Below are positions 35,217-45,030 of a stretch of DNA of 61,942 bases, one piece after another. Position 1 is the stretch's first letter. Every line of letters starts with the position of its first letter. The DNA comes from a virus (Duplodnaviria > Caudoviricetes), in IMG/VR virus record IMGVR_UViG_3300044533_000356, positions 1 through 61,942 of that record; one strand, written 5' to 3'. Position numbers and translations under genes: made by a program. Below the pieces are notes generated by a model that worked only from the letters and a program-made list of their open reading frames with translations, made no database searches and was not told the DNA's origin.

Positions 35217-36720
35217 ACAAGCCTCAGCGCTGTTCAAAAACCTCGGCAAGCTTACTGCAGCCGAGAAGTTGGAGGCATTGGACCTTTTGGACAAGGCGCA
35301 AGAGCATAAACAGAAAAATCTGTCCCGATCGAACATGCTTGAGTTTGCCAAGGCGGTGTATCCGGGGTTCAAAATCGGGCCGCACCACAGGAAGCTGGCC
35401 AAAATCTTCTCAGACGTGATTGCCGGAACGAAAAAGCGGGTCATCATCAACATTGCGCCTCGTATGGGCAAGTCCGAGTTCAGCTCGTACCTGTTCCCGG
35501 CCTTCTTTCTAGGTAATTTCCCTGAGAAGAAGATCATCATGGGCACGCACACTGCTGGTCTGTCCGAAGACTTCGGCCGACGCGTGCGAAATTTGCTGGC
35601 TGATGAGGATTACCATGGCCTTTTCCCCCAAACGCTGGTGGCCGACGATCAAAAAGCTGCCGGTAAGTGGTCTACAAGTCTTGGTGGTCAGTACTATGCT
35701 GCTGGTGTCGGCGGCGCTCTTGCTGGTCGTGGTGCTGATCTGTTCGTTATTGACGACCCTCACTCGGAGCAGGACGTTAAGGCCAACTCACGGCTGGCTT
35801 TCGACACTGCATGGTCTTGGTTCCAGACCGGGCCGCTCCAGCGACTGATGCCGGGCGGGGCGATCATCATCGTGATGACGCGCTGGGGCAAGCTGGACCT
35901 GACGGGACGCCTGATCGACTACCAAGCCAAGAACCCCGACGCCGAACCGTGGGAGATCGTGGAGCTTCCAGCCATTTTGAACGAGGGCACGGACAACGAG
36001 AAGTCGCTCTGGCCCGACCAGTGGCCACTGGCCACCCTCAAGTCCACCAAGGCCAGCATTGACCCCCAGTACTGGAACGCCCAGTACATGCAGCAGCCCA
36101 CCAGCAACAACGCGGCCATCATCTCGCGCAAGTCTTGGCGCATTTGGGCGGGCGACGATCCGCCGCGCTGCGACTACGTTATCCAGAGCTGGGACACGGC
36201 TTTTGAGACCAAGACCACGGCCGACTATTCCGCGTGCACCACATGGGGCGTGTTCTACAACGAGGAAGAGGGCGACAAGGCGCAGGTGATCCTGCTCGAT
36301 GCGTTCAAAGACCGGATGGCCTTCCCCGAGCTCAAGGCGATCGCCCTCAAGCACTACAAGGAGTGGTCCCCCGACGCGTTCATTGTGGAGAAGAAAGCCG
36401 CTGGTGCGCCGTTGATCCAAGAGCTGCGGGCCACGGGCATCCCGGTGGAAGAGTTTAGCCCCAGCCGCGGTAACGATAAAATTGTACGGCTAAACGCGGT
36501 GTCCGACCTTTTTTCGTCGGGCACGGTCTGGGCCCCAGACACACGCTGGGCCCGTGAGGTGATAGAAGAGGTTGCGTCGTTCCCCAACGGAGAGAACGAT
36601 GACTACGTTGACACCACCTCTCAGGCGCTGTTACGCTTCCGAAAGGGGGGGTTTATCCCCCTTGACTCGGACGAGCAAGAAGACCGCACATTCATGCGCC
36701 GCAGGGCGGCGTACTACTAG
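35188..36720 (+). CDS. terL: Terminase large subunit
   Basis: APRMGKS Walker A, IDDP Walker B, MTRW; nuclease motifs SWDTA and DDYVD. Confidence 0.95.
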   Translation: MTTNPPLTPEQASALFKNLGKLTAAEKLEALDLLDKAQEHKQKNLSRSNMLEFAKAVYPGFKIGPHHRKLAKIFSDVIAGTKKRVIINIAPRMGKSEFSSYLFPAFFLGNFPEKKIIMGTHTAGLSEDFGRRVRNLLADEDYHGLFPQTLVADDQKAAGKWSTSLGGQYYAAGVGGALAGRGADLFVIDDPHSEQDVKANSRLAFDTAWSWFQTGPLQRLMPGGAIIIVMTRWGKLDLTGRLIDYQAKNPDAEPWEIVELPAILNEGTDNEKSLWPDQWPLATLKSTKASIDPQYWNAQYMQQPTSNNAAIISRKSWRIWAGDDPPRCDYVIQSWDTAFETKTTADYSACTTWGVFYNEEEGDKAQVILLDAFKDRMAFPELKAIALKHYKEWSPDAFIVEKKAAGAPLIQELRATGIPVEEFSPSRGNDKIVRLNAVSDLFSSGTVWAPDTRWAREVIEEVASFPNGENDDYVDTTSQALLRFRKGGFIPLDSDEQEDRTFMRRRAAYY

Positions 36721-36728
36721 GAACACAC

Positions 36729-39263
36729 ATGGCGACCAACATTGACAAAGCCCTTTATCAGCAGCCCACGGGCATTGACGCCGCAGGCGACATGGAAGAG
36801 CCGATCGAGATCGAGATTGTTGACCCGGAGGCGGTCAACATTGACATGGGGGACGTAGAGATCAGCATCGAGCCGGGCGAGCCCAGCGTCGATGACTTTG
36901 ATGCCAACTTGGCCGAGTACCTGTCCGAAGGCGAGTTGTCGTCAATAGTCAGCGACCTCGACAGCGACATCGACAACGACCGCAACTCCCGCAAGGAGTG
37001 GGAAAAAGCCTACGTCACGGGTTTAAAACTGCTGGGCTTGCAGATTGAAGAGCGCACCGAGCCTTGGGATGGTGCGTCCGGCGTGTTCCACCCGATGATT
37101 ACCGAGGCCGTTGTCAGGTTCCAGTCAGAGACGATCACCGAGACGTTCCCGGCCATGGGCCCCGTGCGCACAAAAATCGTGGGTAAAGAGACCCCCGAGA
37201 AGAAAGACGCCGCCATGCGCGTCCAAGAGGACATGAACTTCCAGCTGACTGAGGTCATGCAGGAGTTCCGCCCAGAGCATGAGCGCATGTTGTGGAGCTT
37301 GCCAGCTACGGGTTCAGCGTTCAAAAAGGTCTACTTCGACCCCAATATCGGCCGTCAAACGTCTGTATTTATTCCTGCCGAAGACATCTTGCTGCCCTAC
37401 GGCACCTCGGACATCCAGAGCTGCTATCGCGTCACGCACGTCATGCGCAAGACCGAGAACGAGATCAAAAAGCTCCAGCAAGCAGGCTTTTACCGGGACG
37501 TGGACATCGGTTCTCCCGACAAGGCGATCGACGAGATCAACAAGGCCAAGGACAAAGAGACCGGCTTTGCTGATCTGAACGACGAGCGCTTCACGCTGTA
37601 TGAGTCCCATGTGGAACTGATCGTCAAAGGCGACCCCCGAGCCGAAGCGGACGAAGACGGGGAAGAAGTCAAGATCGCTCTGCCGTACGTCTTGACCTAC
37701 ATTCGCGGCTCAAACACCGTTCTGGCGCTGCGCCGCAACTGGGAAGAAGACGACGACCTTCACTTAAAGCGCCAGCACTTCGTGCACTACCAGTACATCC
37801 CCGGCTTTGGTGCCTACGGCTTCGGTCTGTTCCACCTGATCGGCGGGTTTGCAAACTCGGCCACCAGCTTGATGCGCCAGTTGATCGACGCGGGCACGCT
37901 GTCCAACTTGCCCGGTGGTTTGAAGTCCCGGGGTCTGCGGATCAAGGGAGACGATACGCCGATCGCTCCGGGCGAGTTCCGCGACGTTGATGTGGGTTCG
38001 GGCACGATCCGCGACAACATCTTGCCCCTACCGTACAAAGAGCCGTCCCAGACGCTGTACCAGTTGCTCAACACCGTGGTGGAAGAAGGTCGTCGGTTTG
38101 CCGCGACGGCCGACATGAAGATTAGCGACATGGGGGCCAATGCGCCTGTGGGCTCGACCCTTGCTTTGCTGGAGCGCCAACTTAAAGTGATGACGGCCGT
38201 GCAGGCGCGGGTGCACTTCACCTTGAAACAAGAACTCCAGTTATTGGCTGCCATCATCCGCGACTACACAGACGACGCGTACACCTACGAGCCGGACGGC
38301 GAGAAAGGCCCACGGGCCAAGAAGAGCGACTACCGCCATGTGGACATCCTGCCCGTGAGCGACCCCAACGCGGCCACCCTGTCCCAGCGTGTGGTGCAGT
38401 ATCAAGCCGTGATCCAGTTGGCGCAGTCAGCACCTGACATCTATGACTTGCCCAAGCTGCACCGGGGCATGCTGGAGGTGCTGGGCATCAAGAACGCCGA
38501 CAAACTTGTGCCGTTGGAGGAAGACCAAAAACCGACCGATCCCGTGTCTGAAAACCAAAACATTTTGAAGGGTAAACCCGTCAAGGCGTTCCAGTACCAA
38601 GACCATAAGGCCCACATTCAGGTGCACACGGCCATGGTGCAGGACCCAATCATGCAGCAGTTAGTAGGGCAGAACCCACGGGCCCCCGCCATGCAAGCGG
38701 CCATGATGGCGCACATTTCAGAACATGTAGGGTTTGCCTACCGCCAGAAAATTGAGCAACAGTTGGGCATGCCCCTGCCGCCCGAAGGCGAGCAGTTGCC
38801 GCCGCAAATCGAGATCGCATTGTCCGGAATGATGGCGCAAGCTGCGCAGCAGGTTCTGCAGCAAAGCCAAGCGCAGACCGCGCAAAAGCAAGCCCAGCAG
38901 CAACAGCAAGACCCCGTTGTGCAGATGCAACAGCAAGAACTCCAGATCAAGCAGGGCGAGCTCCAGCTCAAACAGCAAAAGCTTCAGGCTGAGCAGCAAC
39001 TCGCTGCACAAGAGTTGGCGCTCAAGGAAAAGCAGGTGCAGATCAGCGCGGCTACTAAAGCAGACGAAATGGACCTTAAGCAACAAGCGTTGGATGCCAA
39101 AATGGAGCTGGATGGTTACAAAGCCGGACAGCAAGTTCAACAAAACGATTCGCGCATGCAGGCTGAACAAGAGCGCGAAGGTGTCCGCATGGGCATCGAC
39201 ATTGCAAAGAGCAAGCAGCAATTGGCTGCGCAAAACCAAAGGAAAGGTCCCGGTAACAAATGA
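36729..39263 (+). CDS. Portal protein (P22-like, long Gln-rich helical C-terminus)
   Basis: Follows TerL, 844 aa; GSAFKKVYFD, YGFGL and PGEFRDVD motifs. Confidence 0.88.
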   Translation: MATNIDKALYQQPTGIDAAGDMEEPIEIEIVDPEAVNIDMGDVEISIEPGEPSVDDFDANLAEYLSEGELSSIVSDLDSDIDNDRNSRKEWEKAYVTGLKLLGLQIEERTEPWDGASGVFHPMITEAVVRFQSETITETFPAMGPVRTKIVGKETPEKKDAAMRVQEDMNFQLTEVMQEFRPEHERMLWSLPATGSAFKKVYFDPNIGRQTSVFIPAEDILLPYGTSDIQSCYRVTHVMRKTENEIKKLQQAGFYRDVDIGSPDKAIDEINKAKDKETGFADLNDERFTLYESHVELIVKGDPRAEADEDGEEVKIALPYVLTYIRGSNTVLALRRNWEEDDDLHLKRQHFVHYQYIPGFGAYGFGLFHLIGGFANSATSLMRQLIDAGTLSNLPGGLKSRGLRIKGDDTPIAPGEFRDVDVGSGTIRDNILPLPYKEPSQTLYQLLNTVVEEGRRFAATADMKISDMGANAPVGSTLALLERQLKVMTAVQARVHFTLKQELQLLAAIIRDYTDDAYTYEPDGEKGPRAKKSDYRHVDILPVSDPNAATLSQRVVQYQAVIQLAQSAPDIYDLPKLHRGMLEVLGIKNADKLVPLEEDQKPTDPVSENQNILKGKPVKAFQYQDHKAHIQVHTAMVQDPIMQQLVGQNPRAPAMQAAMMAHISEHVGFAYRQKIEQQLGMPLPPEGEQLPPQIEIALSGMMAQAAQQVLQQSQAQTAQKQAQQQQQDPVVQMQQQELQIKQGELQLKQQKLQAEQQLAAQELALKEKQVQISAATKADEMDLKQQALDAKMELDGYKAGQQVQQNDSRMQAEQEREGVRMGIDIAKSKQQLAAQNQRKGPGNK

Positions 39264-39454
39264 TTGATAACTTCGCACGCGTATTGCGCGAAAAATTACG
39301 CACCGACATGAACAACTACGCCGATGACTTGGCGGGGGGTGCATGCCGCTCTTATGACGAATACCAAAAACTCTGCGGAATCATTCAAGGTCTTGCGACC
39401 GCAGAGCGTCATCTCCTAGACCTTGCAGAGAAAGTAGAGCAATCAGATGAGTGA
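39260..39454 (+). CDS. Conserved small head-module protein
   Basis: YDEYQKLCGIIQGL motif; coupled to portal. Confidence 0.7.
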   Translation: MIDNFARVLREKLRTDMNNYADDLAGGACRSYDEYQKLCGIIQGLATAERHLLDLAEKVEQSDE

Positions 39455-39881
39455 AATCATTCTGCCTCCGGGCATCACACTGCCCAAACACATTCAGCCG
39501 CTTGAAGCCCCAGAGGCCGAAGCGGATAGCGAAACCAGAGCCTCAGCGCTACCCATCCCTACGGGATACAAGCTGCTGTGCATCGTGCCAGAGGTCGATG
39601 AAAAGATCGCCGGTACGAGTCTTGATTTAATTCGAGATGCTGCGACCATGCGTGCGGAAGAACATGCCACCACAGTGCTGTTTGTCATGCGGGTCGGACC
39701 AGACGCGTACAAAGACGCCACCAAGTTCCCTTCGGGTGCATGGTGCAAAGAAGGCGACTTTGTGCTTGTGCGCACCTACACAGGTACGCGTTTCAAGGTG
39801 TTTGGTAAGGAGTTCAGGGTTCTGAACGACGACCAAATTGAGTGTGTTGTACAAGACCCACGCGGTTACACCCGCGCATAA
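39447..39881 (+). CDS. GroES-like co-chaperonin
   Basis: PTGYKLL...VGPDAY...WCKEGDFVL..YTGTRF...FRVLNDDQIECVV. Confidence 0.85.
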   Translation: MSEIILPPGITLPKHIQPLEAPEAEADSETRASALPIPTGYKLLCIVPEVDEKIAGTSLDLIRDAATMRAEEHATTVLFVMRVGPDAYKDATKFPSGAWCKEGDFVLVRTYTGTRFKVFGKEFRVLNDDQIECVVQDPRGYTRA

Positions 39882-39890
39882 GGAGCAGAA

Positions 39891-40838
39891 ATGAACGAAT
39901 ACAAGTTCCCGGACGAACTGGACGACAAAAACGTCGCGCTGGAAGTCTCTACCGACAACGATGTCGAAGTTGAGATCGTTGACGACACCCCCGAACGTGA
40001 CCGTGGCCGCAAACCGCTCGGCCGTGATGTGGCTGACCCCACGGACGACGAGATTGAGACCTACTCTGATGGCGTCAAGAAGCGCATCAAGGAGCTCACC
40101 CATGCACGTCACGACGAACGACGCGCTAAAGAGGCGCTGTTGCGTGAAAAGCAAGAGCTTGAACGCCTTGCCCACCACATGGTGTCGGAAAACAACCGCC
40201 TCAAGCAGTACGTCAACACCGGCACGGAGCACTACGCCGCTTCTCAGCTATCACTGGCTGAAACGGAAGTGGAGAAAGCCAAGCGGCAGCTCAAGGAAGC
40301 CACCGAATCTTTTGACACCGACGGCGTCGTTGCAGCGCAAGATGCGTTGATGGACGCCAAGATGAAAGTGAATGCTGCAAAAAATTTCAGACCCACTCCT
40401 TTACAGGTGGATGAAATTAATGTACAAACACAGCAAACGGAAGTACCCCGTCAAGAATTGGACGAAAAGACTGTTCGCTGGCAGGCAAAAAACCAGTGGT
40501 TCGGGAACGCGGGGTACGAGGAAGTCACCAGCTTTGCACTAGGGCTGCACCAAAAACTAGTGAACTCCGGGGTTGATCCCCGCTCTGACAGTTACTTCGA
40601 GCAAATTGATGCTCGCCTGAAGTCTACGTTCCCCGAAGTTTTCGGTGGTACGGAAGACCGGCCGAAATCCGGCGATGGCTCCCGACGACCTACCTCGGTT
40701 GTTGCGCCAGCGACTCGTTCGACTGGAGCAAGAAAAATCCAACTGACCCCTACGCAAGTTGCGTTGGCAAAAAAGTACGGACTGACCCCGCAGCAATACG
40801 CTGCTGAAGTAGCAAAACTGGAGAAATCAAATGGCTGA
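39891..40838 (+). CDS. Putative scaffolding protein
   Basis: Acidic N-terminus, coiled coil, C-terminal LTPTQVALAKKYGLTPQQYA; upstream of capsid genes. Confidence 0.7.
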   Translation: MNEYKFPDELDDKNVALEVSTDNDVEVEIVDDTPERDRGRKPLGRDVADPTDDEIETYSDGVKKRIKELTHARHDERRAKEALLREKQELERLAHHMVSENNRLKQYVNTGTEHYAASQLSLAETEVEKAKRQLKEATESFDTDGVVAAQDALMDAKMKVNAAKNFRPTPLQVDEINVQTQQTEVPRQELDEKTVRWQAKNQWFGNAGYEEVTSFALGLHQKLVNSGVDPRSDSYFEQIDARLKSTFPEVFGGTEDRPKSGDGSRRPTSVVAPATRSTGARKIQLTPTQVALAKKYGLTPQQYAAEVAKLEKSNG

Positions 40839-41289
40839 AACAATCAACCGGAACCCTCGTGACCTTGTGTCACGCGATAAAACGACTCGGTACGTGTATA
40901 CACCCCCGAGTGCACTGCCTGATCCTACCCCTGAACCCGGTATGGTGTATCGCTGGATTGCGACACACGTACTTGGCGAAGCACAAAACACGAACGTGTC
41001 TACCAAGATGCGGGAAGGTTGGGAACCGGTCAAAGCAGTCGATCATCCGGAACTGATGCTGGAGGGTAATGCGAAGACTGGCAACGTCGAAATCGGTGGC
41101 CTCATGCTCTGCAAGATGCCCCGTGAACGTGCGCAAGCCCGTGATGAGTATTACGCCAAACAAGCTCAGGCCCAGATGGAGTCTGTTGATAACAGTTTCA
41201 TGCGAAACAATGACCCCCGCATGCCGCTTTTCGCTGACCGCAAGTCATCGACCAGTCGCGGTGGTGGTTTTGGTTCTGGTTCTAAATAA
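40831..41289 (+). CDS. Conserved head-module protein
   Basis: YRWIA...REGWEPV...GGLMLCKMP. Confidence 0.7.
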   Translation: MAETINRNPRDLVSRDKTTRYVYTPPSALPDPTPEPGMVYRWIATHVLGEAQNTNVSTKMREGWEPVKAVDHPELMLEGNAKTGNVEIGGLMLCKMPRERAQARDEYYAKQAQAQMESVDNSFMRNNDPRMPLFADRKSSTSRGGGFGSGSK

Positions 41290-41305
41290 ACTTAGGAGTC
41301 CTTAA

Positions 41306-41932
41306 ATGGCATCTACTGCTTCTCCCTACGGCCTGCGTGCCGTAAACGAGATCGGCGGTCTTCCATACGCTGGAAGCACTCGCACTTTCTTGATCGACCC
41401 AGCTGGTACAGCTGCGAACATTTACAACGGCTCGCCCGTGTATGTGAACGCAAACGGCTATCTGGCCGTGGCTACTGCTACTGGCGCTGACGCGACTACA
41501 AACGGTTTTCCTGTTGGTACGGCCAACACCGGTATCGTTGGTATTTTCGTTGGTTGCTCGTATGTCAACGCTCAAGGTCAGCAAATCTTTGCTCAGTACT
41601 ACCCCACCGGCACAACCGGCGTGGTGACTGCACAAGTGATTGATGATCCAGATGTCGTGTTCCAAGTCCAGTCCGCTGGCTCGGTGACACAAGCCGCTCT
41701 CGGTGCAAACTTGTTCTTCTCAACTGGCGCTGTGGCAACTGGTAGCACAACTACCGGTAACTCCACTGCTTCCGTTGTGGCGGGCTCTTCTGCCGTGACA
41801 ACTACGGCTGCTTTCCGTGTTGTGGGTTTCCCCAACTCGGTCGGCTTCTCAGTTGTTGGCGACGCATTCACTGACGTGTTTGTGAAGATCAACCCCGGCT
41901 ATCACAGCTACACCAACGCCGTTGGCCTGTAA
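41306..41932 (+). CDS. Putative capsid cement/minor capsid protein
   Basis: PYGLR start, DDPDVVFQVQ; immediately upstream of MCP. Confidence 0.65.
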   Translation: MASTASPYGLRAVNEIGGLPYAGSTRTFLIDPAGTAANIYNGSPVYVNANGYLAVATATGADATTNGFPVGTANTGIVGIFVGCSYVNAQGQQIFAQYYPTGTTGVVTAQVIDDPDVVFQVQSAGSVTQAALGANLFFSTGAVATGSTTTGNSTASVVAGSSAVTTTAAFRVVGFPNSVGFSVVGDAFTDVFVKINPGYHSYTNAVGL

Positions 41933-41945
41933 GGAGTAACTCACC

Positions 41946-42878
41946 ATGGCAATTTCACGCGCACAACTGCTCAAAGAGCTGCTCCCCGGTCTGAACGCTT
42001 TGTTCGGTTTGGAATATGCACGCTACGGCGAGCAACACAAAGAACTCTACGAAACAGAGAAATCTGAGCGTTCGTTCGAAGAAGAAACCAAGCTGTCCGG
42101 TTTTGGCGCTGCTCCTGTCAAGAACGAAGGCTCCGCCATCGCTTACGACAACGCGCAGGAAGCCTTCACTGCACGCTACACCCACGAAACCATTGCTCTG
42201 GGCTTCTCCATCACGGAAGAAGCTGTGGAAGACAACCTGTACGACAGTCTGTCTGCCCGCTACACCAAGGCTTTGGCTCGCGGTATGGCTTACACCAAGC
42301 AAGTTAAAGGTGCTTCCACTTTGAACAACGGCTTTAGCGGTTCCTACCTCGGTGGTGACGGCGTTTCCTTGTTCGGTAACAACTCCAGCGGCACTCGCGT
42401 TGGTCACCCACTCGTGGGCGGCGGTGTTAACTTCAACAGCCCAACCACTGGTGTTGATTTGAACGAGACTTCGCTGGAAAACGCAACGATCCAGATTGCT
42501 GCTTGGACTGATGAACGCGGTCTGTTGATTGCTGCCAAGCCAGTCAAGTTGGTGATCCCACCAGCACTGATGTTCGTTGCCAAGCGTCTGCTTGACACTG
42601 AGCTGCGTGTTGGCACTGCTGACAACGATATCAACGCGTTGAAGCAGATGGGCACCATCTCTGGTGGTTACACCGTCAACAACTTCTTGACCGACAACAA
42701 CGCTTGGTTCCTTTGCACCGACGTTCCAAACGGCATGAAGCACTTCGAGCGTACCGCCTTGACAACGTCAATGGATGGTGATTTCGATACCGGCAACGTC
42801 CGTTACAAGGCCCGCGAGCGTTACAGTTTCGGCTGGTCGGACCCCCTCGGCATGTGGGGCAGCTCCGGTTCGTCCTGA
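41946..42878 (+). CDS. Major capsid protein
   Basis: 310 aa; MAISRAQLLKELLPGL...KARERYSFGWSDP; followed by strong terminator. Confidence 0.88.
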   Translation: MAISRAQLLKELLPGLNALFGLEYARYGEQHKELYETEKSERSFEEETKLSGFGAAPVKNEGSAIAYDNAQEAFTARYTHETIALGFSITEEAVEDNLYDSLSARYTKALARGMAYTKQVKGASTLNNGFSGSYLGGDGVSLFGNNSSGTRVGHPLVGGGVNFNSPTTGVDLNETSLENATIQIAAWTDERGLLIAAKPVKLVIPPALMFVAKRLLDTELRVGTADNDINALKQMGTISGGYTVNNFLTDNNAWFLCTDVPNGMKHFERTALTTSMDGDFDTGNVRYKARERYSFGWSDPLGMWGSSGSS

Positions 42879-42899
42879 ACCTAGTACGTAAAGTACTCC

Positions 42900-42924
42900 A
42901 AAAAGGCCCTTCGGGGCCTTTTTT
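42900..42924 (+). terminator. Rho-independent terminator
   Basis: GGCCC-TTCG-GGGCC followed by TTTTTT (A-tract upstream). Confidence 0.9.
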
Positions 42925-42933
42925 CTTGCCTGT

Positions 42934-42961
42934 TTGACTTTTGCGGTGTGTCTGGTATATT
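42934..42961 (+). promoter_or_regulatory. Putative promoter for HNH gene
   Basis: TTGACT-N16-TATATT with TG extension. Confidence 0.5.
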
Positions 42962-42988
42962 ACCTGTTACTAAGTCACAGGAGTCAGC

Positions 42989-43591
42989 ATGGATACAGAA
43001 ACACTTCCAAAAACTCGGGCCGAGGCTAAAGCCGTTGGCGCTTCACACTATTTCACCGGAGAGCCGTGCAAGCACGGACACGTTGCCCCCCGCAAGACCA
43101 AGGGTGCGTGTATAGAGTGCCTGAAGGTCGAATGGCAGGCCGCAGCGGAAACCCGCGCAGAGTACTTCCGGGAGTACAACAAGCGGGAGGACATCAAAGA
43201 CCGTAAGAACGAGTGGTATCAAGAAAACCGCGAGGCCGTCATTGCTGCTGCGGCAACACGACCTGCCGCCGTTTTGCGGGAGTACCGCAATGCGTGGAAG
43301 GCAAACAACAAAACGCAGGTTCGGGCAGACACCAAGGCACGCAGGCGGAAGCACCGAGACGCCACCCCGCTGTGGTTGACGCGGAAGCAGAAGTCAGAAA
43401 TTCGCCAGCTCTACCAAATCGCCATCACCATGACGCAGACGACGGGGGAGCAGTACGTTGTCGATCACATCGTGCCCCTGCGCGGAGAGTCCGTTTGCGG
43501 CCTGCACGTGCCATGGAACCTGCGGGTCATCACGCAAGAAGAAAACTTGAAAAAGTCCAACAAGCACGTTGACCACGCTACAGACCAGTGA
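42989..43591 (+). CDS. Free-standing HNH endonuclease
   Basis: N-terminal YFTGEPCKHGH...CIEC; C-terminal VDHIVPL...GLHVPWNLRVI..EENLKKSN. Confidence 0.88.
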   Translation: MDTETLPKTRAEAKAVGASHYFTGEPCKHGHVAPRKTKGACIECLKVEWQAAAETRAEYFREYNKREDIKDRKNEWYQENREAVIAAAATRPAAVLREYRNAWKANNKTQVRADTKARRRKHRDATPLWLTRKQKSEIRQLYQIAITMTQTTGEQYVVDHIVPLRGESVCGLHVPWNLRVITQEENLKKSNKHVDHATDQ

Positions 43592-43597
43592 TATAGT
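43569..43597 (+). promoter_or_regulatory. Putative sigma70 promoter
   Basis: TTGACC-N17-TATAGT with TGn extended -10. Confidence 0.65.
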
Positions 43598-43603
43598 GCA
43601 AAC

Positions 43604-43689
43604 ACTCCCGGACTTTTCCGGTGTATCTGACGGCTCCGGGCCGACGACATGCAGACAGATACACCTCAACTCGCATGTGAGGAATCATC
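43604..43689 (+). ncRNA. Candidate structured 5' leader RNA
   Basis: 10-bp stem 43620-29/43656-65, inner hairpin, and two extra complementary pairs (see findings). Confidence 0.45.
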
Positions 43690-44223
43690 ATGAGCAATAC
43701 TACATTCTCCGGCCCAGTTCGTTCCGAGAACGGCTTTCAAGACATCACCGTCAACGCCACTACTGGTGCTGTTACCGTCGATGCCACCTTTGGCGCGACC
43801 ACTAGCGTGACCAATCTGACAACCACCAATCTGACAACCACCAATCTGGTCTTCACTGATCAAAACCACCCAACAACTGCGGCAATCAACGCTACTGCAA
43901 CAGCCACAGCGGCAGAAGTTATTACCGGCTACATCACATCCACATCCGCAGCAGCTACAACCATCACTTTGCCCACCGGCACTTTGTTGGGCGCAGCTCT
44001 TGGCGCAGTTCGCGGCACTGTAATGGACTTGTACATTGACAACACCGCTGGCGCGAACACTGTGACCATCGCGGTTGCAGTCAACGGCATCTTGTCCAGC
44101 GCTGCTGCTGACACCCCGGGCAGCTTCGGTGACTTGACAATTCCCAGTGGCGCTACTGGTTTGGCACGATTCACCATCATGTTCTCCAGCGCCACTGCAT
44201 ACGTGTTTACCCGCACTGCTTAA
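43690..44223 (+). CDS. Putative capsid decoration/virion protein
   Basis: MSNTTFSGPVRSENGF start; Thr/Ala-rich; follows capsid gene. Confidence 0.6.
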   Translation: MSNTTFSGPVRSENGFQDITVNATTGAVTVDATFGATTSVTNLTTTNLTTTNLVFTDQNHPTTAAINATATATAAEVITGYITSTSAAATTITLPTGTLLGAALGAVRGTVMDLYIDNTAGANTVTIAVAVNGILSSAAADTPGSFGDLTIPSGATGLARFTIMFSSATAYVFTRTA

Positions 44224-44231
44224 TCAACCCA

Positions 44232-44252
44232 AGGGGCTTCGGCCCCTGTTTT
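44232..44252 (+). terminator. Probable terminator hairpin
   Basis: AGGGGC-TTCG-GCCCCT-GTTTT. Confidence 0.7.
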
Positions 44253-44266
44253 ACAGGAGATTGATT

Positions 44267-44782
44267 ATGGGCATGCAAACTGACGTAAAACAAGGACATC
44301 TAAACCAAAGTGGTTTTTTTGTTCTTGGAAGAAACCGCGTTAAAGGCGTTTCTTTTTTTGGTGGTAGTGGAACCTTGGTTTTGTTTGATTCAACCTCAGC
44401 CCCAGTAACTTCAAGCGTTACATATGGTCGCTCTGGAACCACGGTAACAATATCCAAAACAGCTCACGGTCTTGCTACCGGAAACATTGTAGGCATTCAC
44501 TTTGCCGCTGGCACTGGCGGTTCCGCCACCGATGGGAACTACAGCATTACCAGAGTAGATGCTGACACATTTACACTCACAGACATCAACACTGGAAATA
44601 TCACAGCTTCTCCAGCAGCAATTTATGTTAGTGGTGCAAATCGTTGGCTGTTGACCTATGAAACCCACTCTTCCGACGAGTTTCAAAATGCTCCGCTTAT
44701 CCCCGGCGAAGGTGTGTTGGCGGTAAATGGAATTTATTCCTACATGAGCGGCATTGACGCAGCGCAGATTTACTATGGCTAA
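44267..44782 (+). CDS. Virion structural protein with inserted small beta-sandwich domain
   Basis: TVTISKTAHGLATGN...YSITRVDADTFT module; AGGAG RBS. Confidence 0.6.
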   Translation: MGMQTDVKQGHLNQSGFFVLGRNRVKGVSFFGGSGTLVLFDSTSAPVTSSVTYGRSGTTVTISKTAHGLATGNIVGIHFAAGTGGSATDGNYSITRVDADTFTLTDINTGNITASPAAIYVSGANRWLLTYETHSSDEFQNAPLIPGEGVLAVNGIYSYMSGIDAAQIYYG

Positions 44783-45029
44783 GACCCCAGCATGGACACG
44801 CAAAGAAGGCAAGTCCGAGAAGGGCGGCTTGAACGCCAAGGGGCGGGCGTCTTACAACAAGGCGAACCCCGGCAAACCCGGCCTGAAGGCTCCCCAGCCC
44901 GAGGGCGGCAAACGCCGCGACTCTTTCTGCGCCCGGATGGAAGGCATGAAAAAGAAGTTGACCGGAGAGAAGGCCAAGAAAGACCCGGACTCGCGGATCA
45001 ACAAAAGCTTGCGGGCTTGGAAGTGCTGA
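44775..45029 (+). CDS. Small basic protein (DUF6321-like)
   Basis: GGLNAKGRASY...RRDSFCARMEG...SRINKSLRAWKC. Confidence 0.7.
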   Translation: MAKTPAWTRKEGKSEKGGLNAKGRASYNKANPGKPGLKAPQPEGGKRRDSFCARMEGMKKKLTGEKAKKDPDSRINKSLRAWKC

Positions 45030-45030
45030 C

